Of a stretch of 64,000 nt of DNA, positions 22,491 through 30,426 are shown piece after piece. Source of the stretch: an uncultured Rivularia sp. (GTDB lineage Bacteria > Cyanobacteriota > Cyanobacteriia > Cyanobacteriales > Nostocaceae); contig OY762007.1 of NCBI GenBank assembly GCA_963665115.1, positions 6,368,001 through 6,432,000 of the forward strand, given 5' to 3'. A program made the translations under genes and the position numbers. Under the pieces are notes generated by a model. It made no database searches and was not told the DNA's origin. It worked only from the letters and a program-made list of their open reading frames with translations. The stretch's first letter is position 1, and each line of letters begins with the position of its first letter.

Positions 22491-25400
22491 TTAAGCGAAA
22501 GCAAAATTATCAGCAACCAAACTATCCGCGCCAATACCTTGCAAAATTGCTAATTCAGAATTATTTGCAGCAATCAAAGTATTATCATCTTGTTGAGAAA
22601 TACTCAAATCATCAAAACCGATACCCAAACCAGCAATACCTAAAACATCTTCACCACTAGCAAAGTCAGTAATAATATTTGCTGCTTCCGGAGTTTCGGC
22701 TGTAGCAATCCAGAATTGATCGGCACCGGCTCCACCAGTAATGATATTATCACCACCCGAAAGTGCAAAGAATTTATCACCACCTTCACCACCAATCAGG
22801 CGATCGCCATTCCCCAAAATCAAAGTATCATCACCGCTACCTGCGTAAATCCGGTTGCTTCCCGTGCTACCAATAGAAGCATCAATCAAATCGCTTTCGT
22901 CACCACCGAAAACAATTTGACTGCTGCCTAACACTTCGATAACGTCTGCTTCGATTGTTCCGAAGGTAGGGGAAGGTGTTGCTGCAACTTGACTATCATC
23001 AATGCTGAAAGCAACTTGTTGAGCGTTGGAATCAACTTCGTAAATTTCTCCATCTATTAAGCTGAAACTAAATTCTTCTAAACCTTCGTTTGCACCGTCG
23101 TCAAAAGTGGTTAAGGTAAGACTCGCATTACTGTCGGTAATCGTCGCTAAGAAACTACTTCCTCCCGAATCTCCCACTGTGGGAAAACCATCGATACCAG
23201 TTGTTTGAATTGCAAAATTTCCATCTTCGTCAAAGATGCTAAATTCACCTAGAATACCACGGGTTTCGCTATCAACGAGAACGGTTAAACCATCTTCAGG
23301 AATTTCTCCATCAACATTAAAGTTGACTGTAAATTGTTCTCCTTCACTTAGTTCGGTTTCGCTGAAAGAAAGTCCAACTGTGGGACCAATTCCAGCACCA
23401 CCATTACCGTCGATTAAGGTAACTCCATCGCTGTTAGTATCGGAAACAGCGTAATTTGAATCTATCGAACCATCATTTTCTATGACAGTAAAGCCAAAAT
23501 CTCGATCTTCTTCTTGAATAACATCGTTGAGGATGGGGAAAACAATAGAACCCTCATTTTCTGAAATAATTAATTCAGTAGTACTGGTTTCGGGGTCGAA
23601 AAATTCACCGATTGCAATATTGTTAAAGGTAACATCAATCTCACCATCTACTTGATCTGTTAAATCTAAATCCCCACTAATAAGAAATGAAAGTCCGTCT
23701 TCGGGAATTTCCCCATCTACGCTAAAGTTAGCAAAAACTGTTGCTTGTTCGTCTTCTTCGGAAACTAAATCTGGTTCAATGCTGAAGCTGACTACTGGTG
23801 CTTCTCCTGTAGGTGGTGTTGGTGTAGTACCGCTTGCATCGCTAAAATTGAGAGTAACTGCACCGTTTTCGGAATCAACTTGATAAGCTTCCCCATCAAT
23901 CACCTCAAAGGTAAATGATTCTAAAGCATCATCCTCATCTATACCTTCATCAATTACGGGTACGGTAATAGTAGCGGTGGGTTCGGTGATAGTAACAAAG
24001 AAACCGCTATCTCCGTCGGCAGGTCTGGGAAACTCGCTAAGTCCTGTAGTCTCAATTTGAGCCACATCAAATTCAGTTAGCGACCTTTGTTGAGTTGCTG
24101 CACCATCGATATCGTTAACTAAAACGGTAAGTCCTTCTGCTGGAATCTCCCCATCAACGTTAAGGGTTAAAGTAATCGAATCTCCTTCAACTACGTCGCT
24201 GTTATCTACAGTTAATCCAACGGTAGGCCCCGCTGGTTGTGTTTCATCGACTACGTTTAAAGTTATGCTACCAGCGTCGGGAGCAACTTCGTATTCTTCT
24301 CCATTCACAATCGTAAAGGGAAGTTCTAAAGGTTCTTCGGCAAGAATATCGTCAAAAACTGAGGTAGTAATTGATGCTTCCGGTTCGGCAATAGTCACGA
24401 AGAAACTGCTACCACCAGCATCCCCAACTTCGGGTAATCCTGCGATTCCATCTAGTTGCAAAGTACTTAAATCGGATAAGTCAAATTGTCCTAAAGCACC
24501 GGGAACCGAACTTTGAACTAAAACCTGTACTCCATCTTCGGGAATTTCCCCATCTGCACTAAAGTTAATGGTTATTTCATCACCTTCAGTTAAATCGGTT
24601 GCACTAGCAGAAATTCCCACATTCGGGCCAATTCCGGGACCACCGTTATCATCAGTTATGGTAAATAGGGTAGAGTTTTGAGATGAATCAACTGTATATC
24701 TTTCTCCTTCCACAAGTTGGAAATCAAAAGGTTGAGTACCTTCTTCGATAATGTCGTTAATGAAGTAAAGCTTGAATGAAGCTTCAGGTTCAGACAATAA
24801 GATATTTATTCTACCAGTGTCATCAGAATCAACGATTTCAGAATTAATGAATTCTGCTTCTGGTTCGGCTGCAAACTGATTGGTAAAGTCAAAAGGAATA
24901 TCAGGATTGCCACCCGAAGTATCCAAGTTTACTATAATTCCTTCTTCGGGAAAATCTCCGGTAACTGTCCACTTCCACTCAACTAAATTATTTTCAGCTT
25001 CTTCCGATAGGGTTGCGGGGGTTGTTTCAAAGCTGACTACTGGTAGTTCTCCCGTGGGTGGTTCTGTTGGAAGTTCGGATTCCGTTGCTGCTTCAACTGT
25101 AATCTCAACGGTTGCAGGTTCGGAAAATATTTCACCGTCGTTAGTTAAATAAGTAAAGGTATCTGTTCCGGAAAATCCCTCGTTAGGAGTATAGCTAAAA
25201 GAACCATCCTCATTTAAAGACAGTTGCCCACTGTCGGGAGTATCTAAAACAGAAACAATTAATTGATTTCCCTCAGCATCAGAATCATTAGCTAATATCC
25301 CCGCATCTACATCTACACTTAATTCCTCTCCCTCAGCAGTTGTATAACTATCGCTTTGAGCAACTGGAGGTGTATTATCTGATGGTTCTGGTTCTACAGG

Positions 25401-25817
25401 AACTTCTGGTTCTTCTGGTGGTGGTTCGATTGTCGTACTTTCCGCATCTTGAAGCGTCAAACTAATAGAATTTGCACTTTCATTAACTGTATAACCTTCA
25501 CCCGGTTGGACGGTAAACGTTAAACCTTCAATTGCATCGGCAACATCATCGTCGAAAATCGGTAAACTTAAAGTTCCCGTTTGCTCGGTGAGTCGAATAC
25601 TAAAACCGGAAGTGTCATCATTCACCCCCACCAAACGTAAATTTTCAAACTCGGTTGCGAACACATCTAATTGAGCCAAAGCATTTTCGGTTTCGCTATC
25701 CACAGTGACAACCAAACCACCTTCGGGTATTGGTTCATCTGAAGTCAGCGTAATCGTTAATACAGTTCCTTCTTCTTCAACTAGAACTGTGGGATTCGCA
25801 CTTATTGAAACTGCCAT
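22491..25817 (-). CDS. Array paralog 7: secreted acidic protein with several Calx-beta-like modules, one cadherin-like/tandem-95 (Big_9-type) domain and RTX-like tail (1108 aa)
   Basis: NTPPVAQSDSYTTAEGEELSV...GILANDSDAEG...DGSFSYTPNEGFSGTDTFTY; ends DNFAFA. Confidence 0.85.
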   Translation of the reverse strand: MAVSISANPTVLVEEEGTVLTITLTSDEPIPEGGLVVTVDSETENALAQLDVFATEFENLRLVGVNDDTSGFSIRLTEQTGTLSLPIFDDDVADAIEGLTFTVQPGEGYTVNESANSISLTLQDAESTTIEPPPEEPEVPVEPEPSDNTPPVAQSDSYTTAEGEELSVDVDAGILANDSDAEGNQLIVSVLDTPDSGQLSLNEDGSFSYTPNEGFSGTDTFTYLTNDGEIFSEPATVEITVEAATESELPTEPPTGELPVVSFETTPATLSEEAENNLVEWKWTVTGDFPEEGIIVNLDTSGGNPDIPFDFTNQFAAEPEAEFINSEIVDSDDTGRINILLSEPEASFKLYFINDIIEEGTQPFDFQLVEGERYTVDSSQNSTLFTITDDNGGPGIGPNVGISASATDLTEGDEITINFSADGEIPEDGVQVLVQSSVPGALGQFDLSDLSTLQLDGIAGLPEVGDAGGSSFFVTIAEPEASITTSVFDDILAEEPLELPFTIVNGEEYEVAPDAGSITLNVVDETQPAGPTVGLTVDNSDVVEGDSITLTLNVDGEIPAEGLTVLVNDIDGAATQQRSLTEFDVAQIETTGLSEFPRPADGDSGFFVTITEPTATITVPVIDEGIDEDDALESFTFEVIDGEAYQVDSENGAVTLNFSDASGTTPTPPTGEAPVVSFSIEPDLVSEEDEQATVFANFSVDGEIPEDGLSFLISGDLDLTDQVDGEIDVTFNNIAIGEFFDPETSTTELIISENEGSIVFPILNDVIQEEDRDFGFTVIENDGSIDSNYAVSDTNSDGVTLIDGNGGAGIGPTVGLSFSETELSEGEQFTVNFNVDGEIPEDGLTVLVDSETRGILGEFSIFDEDGNFAIQTTGIDGFPTVGDSGGSSFLATITDSNASLTLTTFDDGANEGLEEFSFSLIDGEIYEVDSNAQQVAFSIDDSQVAATPSPTFGTIEADVIEVLGSSQIVFGGDESDLIDASIGSTGSNRIYAGSGDDTLILGNGDRLIGGEGGDKFFALSGGDNIITGGAGADQFWIATAETPEAANIITDFASGEDVLGIAGLGIGFDDLSISQQDDNTLIAANNSELAILQGIGADSLVADNFAFA

Positions 25818-25851
25818 AATTTCTTTCCTATCGATTGGTATCTTTTTACAC

Positions 25852-26015
25852 GGCGTTGCTGTTAGCGTAGCTCGACGTTAGCCATATAAAAGTATGAATA
25901 GCCCCCTGACCCCCCAATTATGGGGGAGAAATATATTTTAAATTCCCCCAATACCCCCAAAATTGAGGGGGTCACGCGGGCAGGGGATTTAGGGGGCTGC
26001 GCTAACAGCAACGCC
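25852..26015. mobile_element. MITE (GGCGTTGCTG terminal inverted repeats) with an 8-bp target duplication
   Basis: GGCGTTGCTGTTAGCG...CGCTAACAGCAACGCC flanked on both sides by TTTTACAC; lies in the 5' leader of paralog 7. Confidence 0.85.
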
Positions 26016-26109
26016 TTTTACACGTTAATTTTGTTTTGCAGCGGAAATCGGAACTCGAATTAACGCACCTTCAGAGCCGGAAGAACTTTACTGATTAATC
26101 TTGAACTAA

Positions 26110-26201
26110 TTATTGCGAATTAATCTCAAGATTATCACTTACGTAAATTCTATGATAAATTCTGCTTCACGAAAGTAACTTTTCATGAAGATTTCGTAAA
26201 G
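26110..26201 (-). promoter_or_regulatory. Conserved promoter cassette D (paralogs 7-6-5)
   Basis: TTATTGCGAATTAATCTCAAG...TTACGTAAATTCTATGATAAA...TTCATGAAGATTTCGTAAAG. Confidence 0.7.
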
Positions 26202-26240
26202 TCAACTGATAAAGTAAGCAATTTGCAAATTTATTTTTTC

Positions 26241-26286
26241 TTAAAAAAAGGTGCATTGAGCCTTATGTAAAGCAACAATGCACCCT
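26241..26286 (-). terminator. Rho-independent terminator candidate after paralog 8
   Basis: GGTGCATTG...CAATGCACC stem followed on the minus strand by a T7 run. Confidence 0.6.
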
Positions 26287-26317
26287 GGGTTTGAATGTGG
26301 ACTAAAAAAAGCGGGCT

Positions 26318-26362
26318 TGTAGTAAGGGCTTAAGCCCTTTGAGGACTAAAGTCCTTACTACG
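26318..26362. repeat. GTAG-bounded double palindrome
   Basis: GTAGTAAGGGCTTAAGCCCTT...AGGACTAAAGTCCTTACTAC. Confidence 0.6.
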
Positions 26363-26374
26363 AACTTTGATTAA

Positions 26375-27731
26375 TTAACCGAAAGCAAAGTTATCTCCGC
26401 TTAAACTATCGGCTGCGATATCTGTCAATATCGCTAAATCTGTACCGCTAGCAGCAATCAACGCATTATCTCCCTGCTGAGTGATGCTGACATCCTCGAA
26501 GCCAATACCTAATCCAGCAATACCAAGGACATCTTCGCCACTGGCAAAGTCTTTTATCGTATTGATCCCGTCGGGTAGTTCTGCGGTTGCAATCCAGAAT
26601 TGGTCTGCACCTGCACCACCATGTATGAGGTTGTCCCCACCGCTCATGGCAAAGAACTTGTCGTCACCCGCACCACCGGAGTAATGGTCATCTTCTCCAA
26701 GTATGAAAGTATCGTCACCGCTTCCACCATAGATCCAGTTTCCACCTTCGCTACCAATAGAAGCATCAATCAAGTCATCTGAACCACCACCAAAGACTAG
26801 CTGTGCGCTACCTTCGACTTCAATAACGTCCATTTCCGTGGTTCCGAATTCTGTTGTGAATTCGGTATCAGTTTCACCTTCTCCCGGTTCGGGTAATTCC
26901 GGTTCTGGCTCAGGTTCTGGTTCGGGTTCTGGTTCGGGTTCTGGTTCCGGCTCCGGCTCAGGTTCTGGCTCAGGTTCTGGTTCCGGCTCGGGTTCGGGTT
27001 CTGGCTCAGGTTCGGGTTCTGGTTCTGGTTCTGGCTCAGGTTCGGGTTCTGGTTCTGGCTCAGGTTCTGGTTCTGGCTCAGGTTCGGGTTCTGGTTCTGG
27101 CTCAGGTTCGGGTTCTGGCTCAGGTTCGGGTTCTGGCTCAGGTTCGGGTTCTGGCTCAGGTTCGGGTTCTGGTTCGGGTTCGGGTTCTGGCTCAGGTTCG
27201 GGTTCTGGTTCTGGTTCTGGCTCAGGTTCGGGTTCGGGTTCTGGTTCTGGCTCAGGTTCGGGTTCTGGTTCTGGCTCAGGTTCGGGTTCTGGCTCAGGTT
27301 CTGGTTCTGGCTCAGGTTCTGGTTCTGGCTCAGGTTCGGGTTCTGGTTCTGCACCATCCGCGTCTTGGAGTGATAAAGTCACAGAACCAGCACTTCCATC
27401 AACTTCATATCCTTCACCAGGTACAACATTAAAAGTTAAATCTTGTGCATCATCATCTTGGTCGTCAAAAATCGGTACGGTTATAGTTGCTGGCGATGCG
27501 TTAATTAGAAAATCAAAACCACTGGTATCATCGTTAACGGTTGTAAACCGCCCATTTACAAATTGGGCAGCAAATACGTCTAATTGACCCCAGAGCATTT
27601 TCAGTGGGACTGTCAATAGTAACAGTTAAACCACCTTCCGGTATTGGTTCGCTTGAACTCAGTGTAAGTACTAGCGCAGTCCCTTCTTCTTCCACAAGAA
27701 CTGTGGGATTTGCGCTGATGCTAATTGCCAT
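26375..27731 (-). CDS. Array paralog 8: one Calx-beta-like module, (Glu-Pro)~75 rod, RTX-like tail; +1 frameshift at C-run 27588-27591
   Basis: ORFs 27534..27731 and 26375..27616 join as ...[17 protein letters not shown], identical to paralog 4 in this segment; ends DNFAFG. Confidence 0.85.
26899..27350 (-). repeat. Hexamer coding microsatellite GA(A/G)CCN encoding about 75 EP dipeptides
   Basis: About 450 bp of mixed GAACCA/GAACCC/GAGCCA/GAACCT units. Confidence 0.95.
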
Positions 27732-28167
27732 AATTTCAGTGTTAAAACTACATAAACGACGTTGAACCGAATGTATATTTTTAGCTAGCTAAAGGTTCAC
27801 AGATGGTAAATCCGGTAATCTAAAAGTCCGTCTACAAGGACTAATTACGCCCCAGCACGCCTTCTTAAAGCTTGCTGAAACACTCGAACGCACGCAGCAA
27901 AACTCAGTTTATTGATTCCCATGAAGGCATATGGATAGCCAACATCACTTGCTTAAATTTACAAATGCCTTATATCAAAGGGATATAAATGAGTTTGGGT
28001 TGCGTTTACGTCAATTCCGTGGTAAATGATTGGAAAGAGAGTATTAAACTTGACTATTCGGAATACATCCATAGTTAAATCTAACTTCATTTCCATTTAC
28101 ATCTTCCTAAAGACAGACTCGTTCTCGACTAAGTTAAAAACCTATCTTCTTTACTCGATAAGTATTT

Positions 28168-28267
28168 TTATTGAGAATAACTCTCAAAATATTTACAAGC
28201 AAACACAGTAACATTGTAGTTTTAAATTTTGTAATGCAAGTAGAATCTTCATGAAGTTTGTATAAAG
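28168..28267 (-). promoter_or_regulatory. Promoter cassette E (divergent copy) upstream of paralog 8
   Basis: TTATTGAGAATAACTCTCAA (near-palindromic 7-1-7 box) and AAGTAG...TTCATGAAGTTTGTATAAAG; the TTACGTAA element is missing. Confidence 0.6.
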
Positions 28268-28347
28268 AGATTTTGCTTATCAGTATATTTGACAAGAATT
28301 GGTAATTGGGAATGGGGGATTGGGCATTGGGCATTGGGCGTTGGTAA

Positions 28348-28491
28348 TAGACATCTCCGGAAATAAAAAAACACCTCTCTCCAAACCTCTCTCCTGAGAC
28401 GAGAGAGGCTTTAAACCCCACTTCCCTGGCAGGGAAGGGGGGTAGGGGGGTTAGGTTTTCAACTGTAATGAATGTTTTCCGGAGATGTCTA
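28348..28491. mobile_element. MITE with 16-bp terminal inverted repeats TAGACATCTCCGGAAA, inserted in an STRR-type heptamer tract
   Basis: TAGACATCTCCGGAAA...TTTCCGGAGATGTCTA; preceded by TGGG(G/C)AT heptamers at about 28306-28341. Confidence 0.75.
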
Positions 28492-28620
28492 ATGGGGAAA
28501 TTGAGGAATAGTTATTTAAGTAACAATGTCAAAATTATATTTTTTAATGCACATTTATGTGCAAATTAGTGTAACATATTGTGCCGTGCAAAATTTGCAC
28601 AAGAAATGAGAAAGAACATT

Positions 28621-28870
28621 GGGGTTGCTGATTCAAAGTATGATTTGCCCCCCAACCCCCAATTTTGAGGGAGAAAAGTAATTTCAAGTCCCCCAGAATT
28701 GGGGGATTTAGGGGGCTAGTACCGCTGCGCGGAAGTAAAAAGTAAAAAGTAAAAAGTAAAAAGTATTATATGATAAGGCTTTCAAACTTTTTAAATGGGT
28801 GCTTTATTTACGCCGTACTGTGCTAGTAAATATAAGAAAAAATAAATTCATACTTCAATTCAGCAATGCC
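28621..28870. mobile_element. Composite MITE: GG.GTTGCTGA-ended element with a nested second element (28717-28826)
   Basis: GGGGTTGCTGATT...AATTCAGCAATGCC with imperfect flanking duplication AGAACATT/AAAACATT; inner CTAGTACCGC...(AAGTAAA)n...GTACTGTGCTAG. Confidence 0.7.
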
Positions 28871-28897
28871 AAAACATTAATCTAACACCTTTAACCT

Positions 28898-30214
28898 TTA
28901 ACCTTTGACCTTCTCAAGCTGCTCCTCGCAATCGGGTAAAAGCTTTTCGACATTGCGTAATGTGGGGACAAAGTAACCGCCTATACCTACCAGCAAAATC
29001 CAAATAGAAGCGATCGCGTATATTACGGTAATCCCAGCGCCGTCACCAGTACCAAATATTGAACCGAAAATTGGAACTAAAGCACCATTCGGCTGCATTG
29101 CTGGTTCAAATACTTTATCTGCTAAAGGACCCGCGATTAAAGGGGCTGTTAAAGAAATTACGATACCAATGGATTGATCTGCTGCTAAAACTCTTCCTTG
29201 TAAGCTAGAGGGAACTTTTGCATACCAGATGGCATTGCTTGAACTGTAAAACAAGGGGGTATGCATGGTGGAAAGAAACATTGATGACATCCAGAGCCAG
29301 GGAATTTGCGTAAAAGCGAGGAAAGCTCTAAAGAAGCCAGCACCGATAAAACCAATTAACATTCCATGAATTTTACGTCTGAAACCACCCCAAGCACTTA
29401 GCAATAATGCTCCGATAACTCCCCCTAAACCAGCAGCAGTTGTGACGCTGCCTAAAATTTGGGAGTTACCGTTTGTTCGCGCCAAAATCAAGGGATTATA
29501 CAATACTTTAGCGATATCGTTGGGCAAAGCGAATAAAGTAAAAGCAATTACCATCGCTAATAAAGGTGGTTTAGCAAAGATATAACGGAAGCCAAAAGTT
29601 AATTTTTGCCAAATATTTTCTTTGACAGGATTTTCATTATCTGATTCTTCGGGTGAAGGTTGGGGAATATGGGAAATTAGTAAAGTGATTAAACCAACAA
29701 AAAAGGTGGCAATATCTACAGCGATTACTCCACCCAAGCCAATTATAGGATAAAGACCACCAGCTAAAGCCGGAGAAAGAATTGCTGAAGCGTAGTTGAC
29801 AGCAGAACTCATGCTACCGGCGCGGGTATACTGTTCTTTGGGAACCATTAAAGGAATTGAAGCAGAATAAGCTAGAGTTTGGATTTGTCCAAAACCGCCA
29901 TAAATTGCCACTACACAATAAAGATGCCAAACCTCTAATCTATCGGTGAAATGTAATAAACCGATGGTGAAAGTGCATAAAAAAGCCACAATATCGCCGA
30001 GCAGCATTAAGTGTTTGCGGTTAAAACGGTCTACAATAATTCCCGAAAATGGAGTTATCAGCAAACGCGGTAGTTGAACAAAAAAACTAACCAAAGTTAA
30101 AGCAGTAGCCGAACCAGTAACGTTCCAAACCCAGATTGACAGTGCAAATACGGTCATGTAGCTGCCGATGCTAGATACTATTTGACCGAGCCAGATGATG
30201 ATGAAGGTACGCAT
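28898..30214 (-). CDS. MFS transporter (DHA3/EntS-like exporter)
   Basis: About 12 hydrophobic segments; WLGQIVSSIGS, GIIVDRFNRK (motif A), VPSSLQGRV. Confidence 0.85.
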   Translation of the reverse strand: MRTFIIIWLGQIVSSIGSYMTVFALSIWVWNVTGSATALTLVSFFVQLPRLLITPFSGIIVDRFNRKHLMLLGDIVAFLCTFTIGLLHFTDRLEVWHLYCVVAIYGGFGQIQTLAYSASIPLMVPKEQYTRAGSMSSAVNYASAILSPALAGGLYPIIGLGGVIAVDIATFFVGLITLLISHIPQPSPEESDNENPVKENIWQKLTFGFRYIFAKPPLLAMVIAFTLFALPNDIAKVLYNPLILARTNGNSQILGSVTTAAGLGGVIGALLLSAWGGFRRKIHGMLIGFIGAGFFRAFLAFTQIPWLWMSSMFLSTMHTPLFYSSSNAIWYAKVPSSLQGRVLAADQSIGIVISLTAPLIAGPLADKVFEPAMQPNGALVPIFGSIFGTGDGAGITVIYAIASIWILLVGIGGYFVPTLRNVEKLLPDCEEQLEKVKG

Positions 30215-30223
30215 TTTTTATTT

Positions 30224-30426
30224 TGGGCATTGGGGATTGGGCATGGGGCATGGGGAGAGAGGGTAGAGGGGGTAGAGGGGGGAGATGGGGGAGATGGGGT
30301 AGAGGGAGGAGATAATTCTTAATTCTTAATTCTTAACTCCATCCGTTGCCTAACTCCATCCGTTGCCTAACTCCATCCGTTGCCTAACTCATAACTTTTT
30401 CAATCCAAAATCTAAAATCTAAAATC
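30224..30426. repeat. Cluster of short tandem repeats (STRR heptamers, GTAGAGGGG 9-mers, 17-mer x3, AAAATCT)
   Basis: TGGGCAT/TGGGGAT, GGTAGAGGG, AACTCCATCCGTTGCCT x3 and AAAATCT repeats between the receptor and the MFS gene. Confidence 0.85.

Noticed and set aside
54..25152. Many 60-170 aa Ser/Pro-rich + strand ORFs opposite the array genes
   Set aside because: Antisense shadows of the biased codon usage; they recur only because the sense genes are paralogous.
10665..27000. Near-identical gene tails as template/variable repeats of a diversity-generating retroelement or shufflon
   Set aside because: No reverse transcriptase or site-specific recombinase in the window; all copies are coding and co-oriented, and the differences do not look adenine-specific.
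26797..27587. ORFs encoding poly-(GS) (+ strand, 249 aa) and (QNPNLS)n (alternative minus frame)
   Set aside because: Shadow frames of the EP microsatellite; only the EP frame connects the conserved module to the conserved tail.
27732..28160. Long 5' leader of paralog 8 as a riboswitch or sRNA
   Set aside because: No recognisable riboswitch consensus or convincing structure by eye; an Rfam search would be needed.
28026..28421. Short ORFs 28026..28211 (+) and 28134..28421 (-)
   Set aside because: They run through the promoter cassette, heptamer repeats and a MITE, with no protein-like features.
30335..30390. 17-bp direct repeat x3 as a mini-CRISPR or iteron set
   Set aside because: Head-to-tail with no spacers, and embedded among other simple tandem repeats.
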